Shown: in pieces, positions 47,116 through 57,610 of the stretch
Numbering within the stretch: the stretch's first letter is position 1
Layout of the letters: every line of letters starts with the position of its first letter
Source of the DNA: an uncultured bacterium
GTDB lineage: Bacteria; Planctomycetota; UBA1135; GCA-002686595
Assembly (NCBI GenBank): GCA_943787795.1
Contig: CALSNU010000006.1
Span: 352,001 to 416,000, forward strand
Direction: 5' to 3'
Length of the DNA stretch: 64,000 nt
Notes under the pieces: generated by a model
Databases searched by the model: none
Seen by the model: the letters and a program-made list of their open reading frames with translations, nothing else
What the model was told of the DNA's origin: nothing
Position numbers and translations under genes: made by a program

Positions 47116-48284
47116 TCCTTCTCATCTCCCTGCTCGCCGGGGCCTTGATCGCCGGGCTCGCCGCCGCCGAACTCTTCGCTCGCGGGCAGTTGAGACGACG
47201 GGATCATTGGTACGTTCATGCCCCGGGTTCGAGGACGGAAAACGGCGTCCACGCCGGCGCCTTCCCGCGGCTCCCCCCAAAGGTCAGGATCCACGCGAAC
47301 CTCGAAGGTGAGCGGGGCGGCGAACTCCCCGCCCCGCCCGACCAGCTCTTTCGCGTCCTCGTGGCCGGAGGGAGCGCAGCAGAGTGCTACATGCTCGACC
47401 AGGCCCACAGCTGGCCGATGGTGACCGAACACATCCTCAACGGGACGGGGGGCCGGCAGCGCCTGGCGCATGTGGGGAACATGGCCGCGTCGCTGATGCC
47501 ATGCCGGAGCATCACGCGCCTGATGGAGAGGGTGCTCCCTCGGCTCCGCTCCGTCGATGTCGTCGTGCTCATGGTCGGAGCCAGCGACCTGGTCGACTGG
47601 CTCGAGAGGAAGACGCCCCCTGTAATCAAAGAGCGCGCCACGGACCTGGAGCTCTTCTGCGCGGAACACCCCGCAGGCGGATTCACGTGGAGGCCATCAG
47701 GCACGGCCCTCTACCGGGTCTGCCGCCGCCTGAAGAACCGTGTCGTTCGACCCGTAGACCGCAACACAGACGTCGGCGCGTCACGGCTGAGGCATCGGGA
47801 GATGAGGGCGCGGTGCGAGCACATCATCACCGAGGTTCCCGACCCCGCCCCCCTGCTGGAGAGCTTCCGCGCTCACCTGACCGCCTTGATCCACACCTGC
47901 GAGGCGCACGCCGGGACAGTCTTGCTCGCTCGCCAGCCCTGGCTGGACAAGGATCTTTCGCCCGAGGAGGAGCTGCAGCTCTGGAACTTTGGGCAGGGGA
48001 GTCCGTTCAGGGTCAAGCCCGAGGCGTATTACGCCATTGAGGTGGTGAGAAAGCTCATGGACGATCTCGACCGCGTCGCGCTTGAGGTGGCCAACGCCGA
48101 GGGCGTGGTCCAGCTCGACCTGCGGGCAGAAGTTCCCTCCGATCTCGACCACTACTACGACTACCTGCACCACACCCCCCTCGGGGCACAATGCGTCGGC
48201 GCAGCGGTGGCCGCCAAGCTCACCGAGCTGGAAACAGCTCAGCCGAACTTGATGCCCTGCGCGAGCGGCAGATCGTCGGAGTAG
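47112..48284 (+). CDS. SGNH/GDSL hydrolase family protein
   Basis: N-terminal anchor; VLVAGGS, MVGASD and YDYLHHTPLGA (DxxH) motifs; ATGA overlap with the flippase stop. Confidence 0.8.
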   Translation: MILLISLLAGALIAGLAAAELFARGQLRRRDHWYVHAPGSRTENGVHAGAFPRLPPKVRIHANLEGERGGELPAPPDQLFRVLVAGGSAAECYMLDQAHSWPMVTEHILNGTGGRQRLAHVGNMAASLMPCRSITRLMERVLPRLRSVDVVVLMVGASDLVDWLERKTPPVIKERATDLELFCAEHPAGGFTWRPSGTALYRVCRRLKNRVVRPVDRNTDVGASRLRHREMRARCEHIITEVPDPAPLLESFRAHLTALIHTCEAHAGTVLLARQPWLDKDLSPEEELQLWNFGQGSPFRVKPEAYYAIEVVRKLMDDLDRVALEVANAEGVVQLDLRAEVPSDLDHYYDYLHHTPLGAQCVGAAVAAKLTELETAQPNLMPCASGRSSE

Positions 48285-49780
48285 TTGACGGTGTTGGTCT
48301 GGCGCCGCATGTAGGCCTTCCAGGCATCGCTGCCAGACTCGCGCCCGCCGCCGGTGTCCTTCTCGCCTCCGAAGGCCCCGCCGATCTCAGCCCCCGAAGT
48401 GCCGATGTTCACGTTGGCGATCCCGCAGTCGGACCCGGCAGCGGAGAGGAAGCGCTCGGCCGCCTTCACGTCCGCGGTGAAGATCGCGCTGGAGAGCCCC
48501 TGGGGCACGCCGTTGTGGAGCGCGATAGCATCGTCCAGATCCTTGATCGGGATCAGGTAGAGGATCGGCGCGAAGGTCTCGTCCTGGACGGTCTGGTAGT
48601 CGTTCCGGGCCGTCATGAGCGCTGGCACCACGTAGTGGCCGCCGGCGAGCGCGCCCTCCATCGGGGCGCGGCCGCCGCCGCGCAGCAGGGTGCCGCCCTC
48701 CGCCTGGCAGGACGCCACGGCGGCCTCCATGTTCTGAACGGCCTGCTCGTCAATGAGCGGGCCGCAGAGGGTGCCCTCGTCCATCGGATCTCCGATGACG
48801 ACGTCGTCGTAGGCGCGGACCAGGCGCTCGGTGACCTCCTCCATGAGGCTCTCGTGGACCAGGAGGCGACGGGTCGACGTGCAGCGCTGTCCCGCGGTGC
48901 CGACTGCGCCGAAGAGCGTCGCGGGCAGCACCATCTCCAGGTCGGCGTCGTCCATGACCACGAGGCCGTTGTTGCCCCCGCACTCGAGGATCAGCCGGCC
49001 CATGCGTCCCGCGACTCGCCCGGCGACCAGCTTGCCGATGGCGGTCGATCCCGTGAAGGAGACCATCGGAAGGCGGGCGTCGTCCATCATCGCCTGCGCC
49101 ACATCCTCGTTCCCGCCGATCGCGAGACCGCAGAGCGCGCCGAAGCCCTCCTCCTCGAGGATGGGGCGGATCACGTTCGTGAGCCCGATCGCGGTGAGCG
49201 GCGTCTTGGGGCTCGGCTTCCACACACACGCATCCCCGCACGTGAACGCCAACATGGAGTTCCAGGCCCACACCGCCATGGGGAAGTTGAAGGCGGTCAG
49301 GACGCCGACCGTTCCCAGCGGGTGCCACTGCTCGCGCATGGTGTGACCAGGGCGCTCGGACGGCATGGTGAGCCCGTACAGCTGGCGCGAGAGGCCCACG
49401 GCGAAGTCCGCGATGTCGATGCACTCCTGCACCTCGCCCCAGCCCTCCTGGACGATCTTGCCCATCTCGAGGGTGATCAGGCGACCGAGGGCGTCCTTGT
49501 GCTCGCGCATGGCGTTCCCCATGCGACGGACGATCTCGCCGCGACGCGGACCAGGAACGGTCCGCCAGCGCTTGAAGGCCTCCTCTGCCGCGGTGACCAC
49601 GCGCTCGTACTCCGCGCCCGTGGCCATCTGGACCCGCCCGATCACCTCCCCGGTGCCCGGCGAGCGCGACTCGAGGATCTCCCCGGTGCACTCCAGCCAC
49701 TCGCCCGCGTAGGCGCCCTGGTTCATCTCTTGGATGCCCAGGGAGGTCAGGAAGCTGGTGTCAGTGCTGGCGTTGGACAT
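48239..49780 (-). CDS. Aldehyde dehydrogenase, ALDH7 type (alpha-aminoadipate semialdehyde / piperideine-6-carboxylate dehydrogenase-like)
   Basis: GEVQECIDI.DFAVGLSRQL.G, AFNFP.AVW.WN, ECGGNN, GTAGQRCT and GAEIGGAFGGEKDTGGGRESGSDAWK.YMRR motifs. Confidence 0.93.
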   Translation of the reverse strand: MSNASTDTSFLTSLGIQEMNQGAYAGEWLECTGEILESRSPGTGEVIGRVQMATGAEYERVVTAAEEAFKRWRTVPGPRRGEIVRRMGNAMREHKDALGRLITLEMGKIVQEGWGEVQECIDIADFAVGLSRQLYGLTMPSERPGHTMREQWHPLGTVGVLTAFNFPMAVWAWNSMLAFTCGDACVWKPSPKTPLTAIGLTNVIRPILEEEGFGALCGLAIGGNEDVAQAMMDDARLPMVSFTGSTAIGKLVAGRVAGRMGRLILECGGNNGLVVMDDADLEMVLPATLFGAVGTAGQRCTSTRRLLVHESLMEEVTERLVRAYDDVVIGDPMDEGTLCGPLIDEQAVQNMEAAVASCQAEGGTLLRGGGRAPMEGALAGGHYVVPALMTARNDYQTVQDETFAPILYLIPIKDLDDAIALHNGVPQGLSSAIFTADVKAAERFLSAAGSDCGIANVNIGTSGAEIGGAFGGEKDTGGGRESGSDAWKAYMRRQTNTVNYSDDLPLAQGIKFG

Positions 49781-49992
49781 GGCGGATCGAGGGCGGCTCG
49801 AGGGCAAAGGGAGGTCGGATCGGCGGCGAGCGGGCATGGGGACCGACGTGGGTCCAGCGGCGCCGCGCGGAGTTGAGGCGGGAGAGGATAACGCCCGCGT
49901 CCGGAAAGGACCCCTCAACGCCTCACGATCCGCGCGCCTCGCCGCTATTCTATTCGGCCTCAGAGCCCCCCAGGAGGGGCCAGGAGACAGCC

Positions 49993-51681
49993 ATGAGCGA
50001 AGCCAAGATCATCTACCAACTCCAGGATCTCAAGAAGTTCTACGACCAGAGGGAGGTGCTCTCGGGCATCACCATCTCGTTCCTGGAGGGCGCCAACATC
50101 GGCCTCATCGGCCCCAACGGCGCCGGCAAGAGCACCCTGCTCCGGATCCTCGCGGGTGAGGACACGGACATCGAGGGCATGGCCCGGCCGATCCAGGGGC
50201 TGACCATCGGCTACCTCCAGCAGGAGCCGCCCCTAAACGAGGAGAAGACCGTCGGTGAGAACATCGACGAGGCGGTCTCGGGGCTACGCGCGATCGAGGC
50301 TCGCTACTACGAGGTCATGACGATCATGGGCGACGCCGAGGGCGAGGAGGCCGAGAAGCTCTCCCTCGAGTACGACCGCCTGCAGACGGACATGGACACC
50401 AAGGGCATCTGGGATCTAGATAGCCGCCTCGAGCAGGCCGCTCATGCCCTCCAGGTCCCCCCCATGGAGTCCGGCGTCACCCAGCTCTCGGGCGGAGAGC
50501 GCCGGCGCGTCGCCCTCTGCAAGCTGCTCCTCGAGCACCCCGACCTGCTGCTCCTCGACGAGCCCACCAACCACCTGGACTCGGAGTCCATCGGCTGGCT
50601 GGAGACGCACCTGCAGGAGTACGAGGGCACGGTCATCCTCATCACCCACGACCGGTACTTCCTGGACAACGTCGTGGGTTGGATGCTGGAGGTCGAGCGC
50701 GGCCTGGCGCGTCCGTACAAGGGCAACTACAGCGCCTACCTCGAGCAGAAGTCCAAGCTCCTCGACGTCAAGCGCAAGAACGATGCCTCACGGGCCAAGG
50801 TCCTCGAGCGCGAGAAGGAGTGGCTCTCCCGCACGCCGGCTGCGCGGACCAAGCAGTCCAAGTCCCGCCTCAAGCGCTATCAAGACCTGGCCACCGAGGC
50901 TCGCGCCGACGAGATGGCACAGAACGTGGAGCTGCGGATCCCGCCCGGCCCCCGGCTCGGAGACAAGGTCCTCGACGTCAAGAGCCTGGAGAAGGGCTAC
51001 GGCGGCCGGACCCTGTTCCGCGACCTGACGTTCTCCATCCCGCCCCAGGCCAAGCTCGGCGTGATCGGCGCGAACGGCATGGGTAAGTCGACCCTGATGA
51101 GGATCATCATCGGCGACGAGACCGCGGACGACGGGGTCATGGAGCTCGGCTCCACGGTCCAGCTGCGGTTCCTCGACCAGAGCCGCACGGTGCTCGATGA
51201 CGACGTCTCGGTCTTCGACAACATCACCGACGGCAACGAGCAGCTGCCCTTCGGCTCCACCGTGATCGACAGCCGAGCCTACGTGGCGCGCTTCAACTTC
51301 CGCGGCGAGGACCAGCAGCGCAAGGTCGGGGAGTGCTCCGGCGGGATGAGGAACCGGGTCATGCTCGCGAAGATGCTCCGCGAGCCGGCCAACCTCATCA
51401 TCATGGACGAGCCGACCAACGACCTCGACCTGGACACCCTCCGGGTCCTGGAGGAGGCCATCGAGCACTACCCCGGCTGCATGATCATCGTGACCCACGA
51501 CCGGTACTTCCTGAACCGCGTGGCCACCCACATCCTCGCCTTCGAGGGCCTCGACGACGAGGGAGTGGCCATCGTTCGCTTCCACCACGGGGACTACGAG
51601 TCCTACAAGGACTGGAAGAAGAACCGCGGCGAGGACATCGAGGAGCGCAAGGGCGCCCACCGGCGCTTCAACCGCACGTGA
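49993..51681 (+). CDS. ettA: ABC-F translation factor (energy-dependent translational throttle)
   Basis: Two ABC domains (GPNGAGKST/LSGGE/LLDEPT and GANGMGKST/SGG/MDEPT), no TM helices; THDRYFLDNVVGWMLE and IPPGPRLG motifs; AGGAG RBS. Confidence 0.88.
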   Translation: MSEAKIIYQLQDLKKFYDQREVLSGITISFLEGANIGLIGPNGAGKSTLLRILAGEDTDIEGMARPIQGLTIGYLQQEPPLNEEKTVGENIDEAVSGLRAIEARYYEVMTIMGDAEGEEAEKLSLEYDRLQTDMDTKGIWDLDSRLEQAAHALQVPPMESGVTQLSGGERRRVALCKLLLEHPDLLLLDEPTNHLDSESIGWLETHLQEYEGTVILITHDRYFLDNVVGWMLEVERGLARPYKGNYSAYLEQKSKLLDVKRKNDASRAKVLEREKEWLSRTPAARTKQSKSRLKRYQDLATEARADEMAQNVELRIPPGPRLGDKVLDVKSLEKGYGGRTLFRDLTFSIPPQAKLGVIGANGMGKSTLMRIIIGDETADDGVMELGSTVQLRFLDQSRTVLDDDVSVFDNITDGNEQLPFGSTVIDSRAYVARFNFRGEDQQRKVGECSGGMRNRVMLAKMLREPANLIIMDEPTNDLDLDTLRVLEEAIEHYPGCMIIVTHDRYFLNRVATHILAFEGLDDEGVAIVRFHHGDYESYKDWKKNRGEDIEERKGAHRRFNRT

Positions 51682-52283
51682 TGGGCTCGGGGGCAGGGGA
51701 GCACACCTCCACTGGGGACGCCAGGGCAGAAGCCGCGGTGGAGCTCGACCGCGCGCGCGCTTGCCTGCGCGGCGCCGCGGACGAAGCTCTCACCGAGCTC
51801 CAACGCGGCTTCCGCGATCAGATCGACGGATTCCTCGCCGAGCACGGGCCCCTGGCCCTGACCCGGCGCTGCCTCCCGGGTCACCTGACGGCCTCGTGTC
51901 TGCTCTGGAGCCACGATGGCGCGCGGGTCCTGCTCCACCACCACCGCAAGCTCGGGCTCTGGCTCCAGTTCGGCGGCCACTGTGACGGCGAGGGCGACAC
52001 CCGGGAGGTCGCGCTGCGAGAGACCGTGGAGGAGAGCGGCATCACGCCAAGCTCGCTCAGCGAGGCGCCCGTGGACTTCGACGTCCACACCATCCCCGCT
52101 CGCCCGGGAGAACCGGAGCACCTGCACCTGGACGTACGCTACCTGGCGGTCGCCCCCGACGGAGCCCGTGCGGCCATCTCCGAGGAGTCCCTGGCTCTGG
52201 CCTGGCTGACGCCTGCCGAAGCCCTGGAGCGCGGCCTGGACGTCTCGCTGCGGCGGATGATCCTGCTCGGCCCACCCCGCTGA
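51681..52283 (+). CDS. NUDIX hydrolase
   Basis: GHLTAS, HRKLG.WLQFGGH, ALRETVEESG (Nudix box) and HLHLDVRY motifs; TGATG overlap with ettA. Confidence 0.9.
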   Translation: MGSGAGEHTSTGDARAEAAVELDRARACLRGAADEALTELQRGFRDQIDGFLAEHGPLALTRRCLPGHLTASCLLWSHDGARVLLHHHRKLGLWLQFGGHCDGEGDTREVALRETVEESGITPSSLSEAPVDFDVHTIPARPGEPEHLHLDVRYLAVAPDGARAAISEESLALAWLTPAEALERGLDVSLRRMILLGPPR

Positions 52284-52551
52284 TCCATCCGGCGCCCCTC
52301 GATGGGTCACGCTGATCGGGCCCCTTGGCGCAGCGAGCGCAGGCCGGAAAAGGTTTCAGCCGCCAAAACCGCCTCTCCATTTGCCCGGCGGGCATTCGTG
52401 CATAGCCTGTGCCCAAGGCTGTCGTACCCGCGCGGGGTGGCTTCCGCCGGGAGCGCAGCTCCGCACGAGGACGGACTGCCCGGGGCAGCCCGGCAAGAGA
52501 CCAGGCCGATGAGCCGCGCCCGTCGCCGACCACCGAACTCAACGAGAAGGC

Positions 52552-53001
52552 ATGTTCAGCTCGCAAGGAACCGCAAGGCTCTCACCGCTCGTCCTCTTCG
52601 CCACCGCACTCGCCGTGGTGGCCTTCATCGTCATTCAAGGCGCTGGAGGCCCGGCAGAGGCCGCTGCCAGCTACGAGGCTCGCGCCTCGAACTCGATCTC
52701 GGGCCTCACGGACGTGAGTCAGCTCTCCAACCCCATGGCCGTGCGCTATGACGCGGTGATGGACGCGACCGAGGAGCGCGTCCGCATCCGCAAGGAGAAG
52801 ATCGACCCCACGTCGCCCCTGGGCGAGATCCTCGAGAGCGCCGCCCACCGCCGGGTCAGCGCCGCGAGCCGCGTCATCATGCGGCGAGACGGCCACTGCA
52901 GCGCCTGGAAGAAGATCAAGCGCAAGGACGGCCGCGCCGTCCCCGACCTGACCGCCGACGTCGTCGCCCAGCTCGGCGCCGTCACGCCTGACCCGGAGTG
53001 A
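52552..53001 (+). CDS. Hypothetical membrane-anchored protein
   Basis: N-terminal TM helix; high GC3 coding-like pattern. Confidence 0.65.
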   Translation: MFSSQGTARLSPLVLFATALAVVAFIVIQGAGGPAEAAASYEARASNSISGLTDVSQLSNPMAVRYDAVMDATEERVRIRKEKIDPTSPLGEILESAAHRRVSAASRVIMRRDGHCSAWKKIKRKDGRAVPDLTADVVAQLGAVTPDPE

Positions 53002-53312
53002 CCTCCGCGCCCCATGGGGGCCCGAGGTGGGGAGGTGAGCCCAGCGCGCCAGCGCCGCCCTCCGGAGCCGACCGACGGCACGGAGCCGTGCGCGCTCCCG
53101 GAGGGGCGCTGATCAGGGCGCCGGCCAAGATGGGCTCCCACGGCGTACCCCGAAGCTGCTCATGACCGCGGACGCTCATGCTACGCGCTCCCGCAGCTGA
53201 TTCCGTCCGCGCCAAGTCGACGCCACGCGTACGCCACGGCACCCTCTCCTTGTCCCTCTCTCCATCTCCCTGCCTCCCCTAACTTCCTCGACCACCTCGC
53301 GGTGGCCTCCCT

Positions 53313-54443
53313 ATGAAGAAGATCGTCTTCAGCTCCTGCGCCCTCACCCTCACCCTTGGAACCGCGGTCGCCAACAACAGCGACTGGGACCAGCTCGACC
53401 GTGACGTCCAGGCTCTCTCCGCCAACCTCCAGGACATGGAGGAGGGCGGTATGACCACCGGCGGCCGAGTCCGTGCGTTCTATGCGTCCTCCAGCGACCT
53501 CGCCGTCAATACCGCCACCGGCGTCAATGACCTCGGCGGCTTCCAGCTCTACAACGCTCGCCTGTTCGCCACTGGGACCACCGCCGCGGGGGTCGGCTAC
53601 CGCCTCGACAACGACTTCGCGACGGGCAACCTCCTGGACGCCTACATCGACGTTGGACTCGCCGGCCCCATCGACATCCGTATGGGGCAGTTCCGTGGCT
53701 TCGTCCTCTCGGAGAGCCAGATCGACTCCGGCGACCTCTTCTTTGCCGACCGCTCTGTCAACGCAGCATCCTTCGCTGGCCGCCAACAGGGACTCGCCCT
53801 CACCGGCGACATGGACGCCTTCAACTGGGCGATCACGATCCAGGACGGTAGCGACGGCGCGTCCACGCTGGGCGCCACGGACGGGGACGGTGACGACCTC
53901 TTCTTCGCGCTCCACGCTGGAATGGACCTCATGGGCGAAGGCTCGAGCATGATCGAGGGCGCCTATGGCGCGGGCGACGAGATGAGCGCCTCCGCGGGGA
54001 TCTCCTTCTACGACGACGGCGGCGCCGCTGACGGCGGCGGCTTCGCGATCGAAGCCAGCGCCAAGTCCAGCCAGTTCAGCCTTACGGCCAACCTGGTTTC
54101 CCGTGACGCGAGCGGCGTCGGCTCGAACTTCGACACCAACGAGTCCCACATCATGCTCACCAGGGGCGAGTACTCCGCCGCTGCAGTCGAAGGTGACAAC
54201 AGCCCCTGGTCGATCATGGCCACCTTCGCGCTCAACGAGCAGGTCGAGGTCGGCCTTCGCTATCAGGACCTCGACGACACGGAGAGCACCGACGTCATTG
54301 ACCTGGGCGTCAACTACTACGTCGACGGCCATGCCATGAAGTACATCTTCAACTGGACCTCCGTGGGCCAAGACTTCGGCGGCGGCTCCTTTGGTGCAGG
54401 TGACACCGACCTCATTCGAATCGGCGTCAACGCGGCGTTCTGA
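53313..54443 (+). CDS. Outer-membrane beta-barrel porin (phosphate-selective porin O/P-like)
   Basis: Signal peptide; LLDAYID, IRMGQF and LGVNYY.DGH..K motifs; amphipathic strands and a C-terminal Phe. Confidence 0.82.
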   Translation: MKKIVFSSCALTLTLGTAVANNSDWDQLDRDVQALSANLQDMEEGGMTTGGRVRAFYASSSDLAVNTATGVNDLGGFQLYNARLFATGTTAAGVGYRLDNDFATGNLLDAYIDVGLAGPIDIRMGQFRGFVLSESQIDSGDLFFADRSVNAASFAGRQQGLALTGDMDAFNWAITIQDGSDGASTLGATDGDGDDLFFALHAGMDLMGEGSSMIEGAYGAGDEMSASAGISFYDDGGAADGGGFAIEASAKSSQFSLTANLVSRDASGVGSNFDTNESHIMLTRGEYSAAAVEGDNSPWSIMATFALNEQVEVGLRYQDLDDTESTDVIDLGVNYYVDGHAMKYIFNWTSVGQDFGGGSFGAGDTDLIRIGVNAAF

Positions 54444-54484
54444 TCGACCGGCGCATCATCCGGCGGCGTCACTCACGGAGCCAT

Positions 54485-54530
54485 GAAGGGAGCCCCGCGC
54501 ACCATGCGCGGGGCTCCCTTCGTTTCCTTC
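54485..54530 (+). terminator. Rho-independent terminator after the porin
   Basis: Perfect 17-bp stem GAAGGGAGCCCCGCGCA-cca-TGCGCGGGGCTCCCTTC followed by GTTTCCTTC. Confidence 0.8.
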
Positions 54531-55111
54531 GCCACGCTGGGGGGCCCCACAACCGCATCGCCGCAGCACAGATGGTGGGCGGCACCCACGACCGGGCTTC
54601 CACTCCGCTTCGGAGTGGATCCGCTCCTCCGCCCTCCGGCCCACCTCTGAACCGAGGCCCGCACAGGGCTCGTTCATCAGCAAAGGTGAGACTCGAGAGG
54701 GCGGCCAGCCAATGCCCTGGGTCAGTTTCAAAACGAGCAAGCTTTCCACGAATGACGCGCAGGCGCTGGAGCCCATGCGAGGAGTCTTGCGACGGGAAAA
54801 TGCCGCCCCCGGCAATCGCAAGCCGGACGGCGCCAAGGCCCGATAGCCGGCCCATGGAGCCGCCGACCACTTCCTTGATTCCTAGCGCAGGTGAGGATTT
54901 CCCGAGCATCCAAGAGGAAAGGGACTTCCTTGGCGCTGCGCAGAACACGCATAGGGTCGTTACTGGCCGCCCGCCACACGCGCGCCGAGAACAGGCAAGC
55001 ACGGACGCAGTCCGTCTTGATGCCCTCTCCCGAGCACGCGATCACTCGAGATGCTCGGAGTGTTGGGGCCCGGCCATTTCTCCATCGCGTTCCATCACTC
55101 GAATTTGCCAT

Positions 55112-57610
55112 ATGCGCCGACCCTGCCACACCGATCTATGGGCGCCCCTTCTGACGGCACTGACCCTCACCAGCACTGCTGCTGCCCACGAACCGGCCAA
55201 GTTCCATCGACTCCCCGACGCCTCTCGAGCGCCCATTCACGCCGGGACCTTCCATGTCGCGAGCGGGCAATTCCAACGTGCCACCGCGGCTGGTGCGGCC
55301 ACCGACGGCCCAGCCGGCGCCGAGACGATTTACCGCAACAACTTCTACGGAGCGGTCTTCCTCGACATCAACGGAAGCCACCTGATCGTCGACGAGGGGC
55401 GCCTCCCCAGCACCAGCTCCCCCAGCCACTCCCTGCCCTACCCGAGCGTCCAGGGCAGCAGTGACAGCTACCAGATCAACAACATCCAGCTCGGGTACGC
55501 AACGGACTCCGCCGGAGATGGGACGGCCCAACTGACCCTCTACGAGCAGTACCGTCCCTGCGCCAATCCGGTCGGGAACCTGACGCCAATTCTCGACCTG
55601 ACGATCGTCGGGCTGCCTGGCGCCGCCACCCCCGGAGAGCTCACGCCCTACACCTTCGATATCGACTTCGCTGGCTTCGAGTTTTGCGTTCGGGCCGATG
55701 GGGACGGCACCTTCGATGGCGACGCCCTTGACTTCTTCGGCTGGGGTCTCGAGATGAGCGCCGACAGCGGTTCGATGATCGGTCCACTCGTCGGCGCCCG
55801 GCCTGGGCCCCTCGCGCCCACCGGTGAGGGCACTAGCTTCAGCAACCCCTCCAACGCCACCGCCTCAGGCCTCTACTCCATCGACCAGGCCTACGAGGTC
55901 AACCTTGCGAACGGCACTAGCCAGTGCTTCAACGAGGGCGGATACGACGAGACGGACAACAATCCGTCCTTCGTCTCCTTTTGGCTGGTCCTCGGGGCCA
56001 ACCTCGGCTTCTCCTGCGTCAGCTGCGTGGAGGGAATCGACGACGAGTACGAGGACAATGACACCTGCGCCACGGCCGTTCCGGTGCCCTCCAACCTCAC
56101 CACCGGCAACCTGGTTGTGCGCAAGCCCGGGGTCGACGAGGACTACTACCGGGTCACCATCGCCCCGAACTCGACGCTCACGGCCACCATCGTCTTCAAC
56201 CAGTTCCAGGCTGACATTGACCTGTGGCTCATCGACGGCACCTGCACCTTCCTGCTCGATGCTTCGGAGTCGACGGCCGGCGTGGAGACCGTGCAGTTCA
56301 ACAACACGTCCGCCAATCCGCTGGACGTCATCGTCAACCCGTTCGTATACGGACAGAGCGTCGGGGAGTGCGGTGACTACACCATGATCCTGGACAACAC
56401 GCCGCCCAGCACGATCATCGAGGTGGCGCAGGCGGAATCGCTCGTGGTGGGCGCCCTGACCGGGAACTACCTCCAGACCCACGCCGACGACAACCTCTAC
56501 GAGGTGCTCACGGAGGTCGAGAGCGGCGGCAAGCCGGTCAACCGGCGCAGCCGGGCCGAGCACCTCTGGCTCTTCCAGCTCCCGTCCGGCAACAGCCTCA
56601 ACTTCACCGGTCGGGCCTACCAGGGCCCCTCCGTCGACGGAGACAACTGGCGACTGGAGTACTCCCTCGACCAGCAGAGCTGGACCACCCTCTTCGTGGT
56701 CACTAGCACGCTCTCGGACGCGTCTCCGGTGACTGTCCCCCTCCCCGCCTCCATCGCTGGCCCCGTCTATGTGCGAATCCGCGACACGGACCGCGCCCAG
56801 GGGAACCGCGCGCTGGACTCGGTCTTCATCGACTACCTCGCCTTCGAGATCATGGGGACGGGCGGCGGCACGCCGCCTGGCGCCCCGACGAACCTCGCGG
56901 CCGTGGCCAGCTCCAGCAGCGAGACCGACCTCTCCTGGACCGACGGATCCAGCGATGAGGACCAGTTCGAGCTCGAGCGGAGCCTCGACGGGATCGGGTG
57001 GTCCAGCGTGAGCAACACCATCCCCGCCAACTCCACGGCCTTCGCCGACGCGGGGCTCAACCCCGACACGGAGTACTTCTACCGGGTCCGGGCCTCCAAC
57101 GCCTTCGGCGACTCCGACTGGTCCAACGTGGCCAGCGCGACCACCCTTGGACTTGGCGGGAACGACGTCGTGCCCTTCGGGGAGATCATCGGCCAGGGCA
57201 ACCTGGTGGGGACCTTCGTCAACGTGACCGCCGCGAATGGCGTCGTGCAGTCCCTGACCGAACGCCAGAGCGGGGGCAAGCCGGCCAACAGGTACAGCTT
57301 CGCCTCCCACACCTGGCGCATCAACGCCCCCGCCGGCTCGGTCGAGCTCCACCTGAAGGCGTCCATGATCGACGTGGGCGACGGTGAGTCCTTCGAGTTC
57401 GACGTGAGCCTCGACGGCGGAGCCAGCTGGCTTCCGCCCGCGGTGACCGTCACCCCGAGCACCAGCGGCGCCAGCTACCAGATCGCGCCGGTCACCACCG
57501 GCTTCGGCGGCGGAGAGGTACGGGTGCGCGTGCGCGATACGGACCAGACCCCCGGCAACCGGGCCCTTGAGGAGGTCCTGGTGGACCACCTCTTCCTCCG
57601 GGTGATGTGA
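55112..57610 (+). CDS. Secreted multidomain surface protein (PPC-like + FN3 + duplicated beta domain)
   Basis: Signal peptide ending TAAA; DDEYEDND..DEDYY..DIDL (PPC-like); APTNL..LSWTD..YFYRVRASN (FN3); internal repeat SGGKP.NR...VR.RDTD...GNRAL. Confidence 0.82.
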   Translation: MRRPCHTDLWAPLLTALTLTSTAAAHEPAKFHRLPDASRAPIHAGTFHVASGQFQRATAAGAATDGPAGAETIYRNNFYGAVFLDINGSHLIVDEGRLPSTSSPSHSLPYPSVQGSSDSYQINNIQLGYATDSAGDGTAQLTLYEQYRPCANPVGNLTPILDLTIVGLPGAATPGELTPYTFDIDFAGFEFCVRADGDGTFDGDALDFFGWGLEMSADSGSMIGPLVGARPGPLAPTGEGTSFSNPSNATASGLYSIDQAYEVNLANGTSQCFNEGGYDETDNNPSFVSFWLVLGANLGFSCVSCVEGIDDEYEDNDTCATAVPVPSNLTTGNLVVRKPGVDEDYYRVTIAPNSTLTATIVFNQFQADIDLWLIDGTCTFLLDASESTAGVETVQFNNTSANPLDVIVNPFVYGQSVGECGDYTMILDNTPPSTIIEVAQAESLVVGALTGNYLQTHADDNLYEVLTEVESGGKPVNRRSRAEHLWLFQLPSGNSLNFTGRAYQGPSVDGDNWRLEYSLDQQSWTTLFVVTSTLSDASPVTVPLPASIAGPVYVRIRDTDRAQGNRALDSVFIDYLAFEIMGTGGGTPPGAPTNLAAVASSSSETDLSWTDGSSDEDQFELERSLDGIGWSSVSNTIPANSTAFADAGLNPDTEYFYRVRASNAFGDSDWSNVASATTLGLGGNDVVPFGEIIGQGNLVGTFVNVTAANGVVQSLTERQSGGKPANRYSFASHTWRINAPAGSVELHLKASMIDVGDGESFEFDVSLDGGASWLPPAVTVTPSTSGASYQIAPVTTGFGGGEVRVRVRDTDQTPGNRALEEVLVDHLFLRVM

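Noticed and set aside
48239..48284. 46-nt convergent overlap between the SGNH and ALDH genes
   Set aside because: Short 3' overlaps of convergent genes are common in GC-rich genomes.
52290..52550. Possible cobalamin riboswitch (GCAAGAGACCAGGCC resembles a B12 box)
   Set aside because: The other conserved elements were not found, and the downstream gene is not B12-related.
54790..54860. Possible c-di-GMP-I riboswitch
   Set aside because: It lacks the GGCAAAC..GAAA..GACGCAAAG core arrangement.
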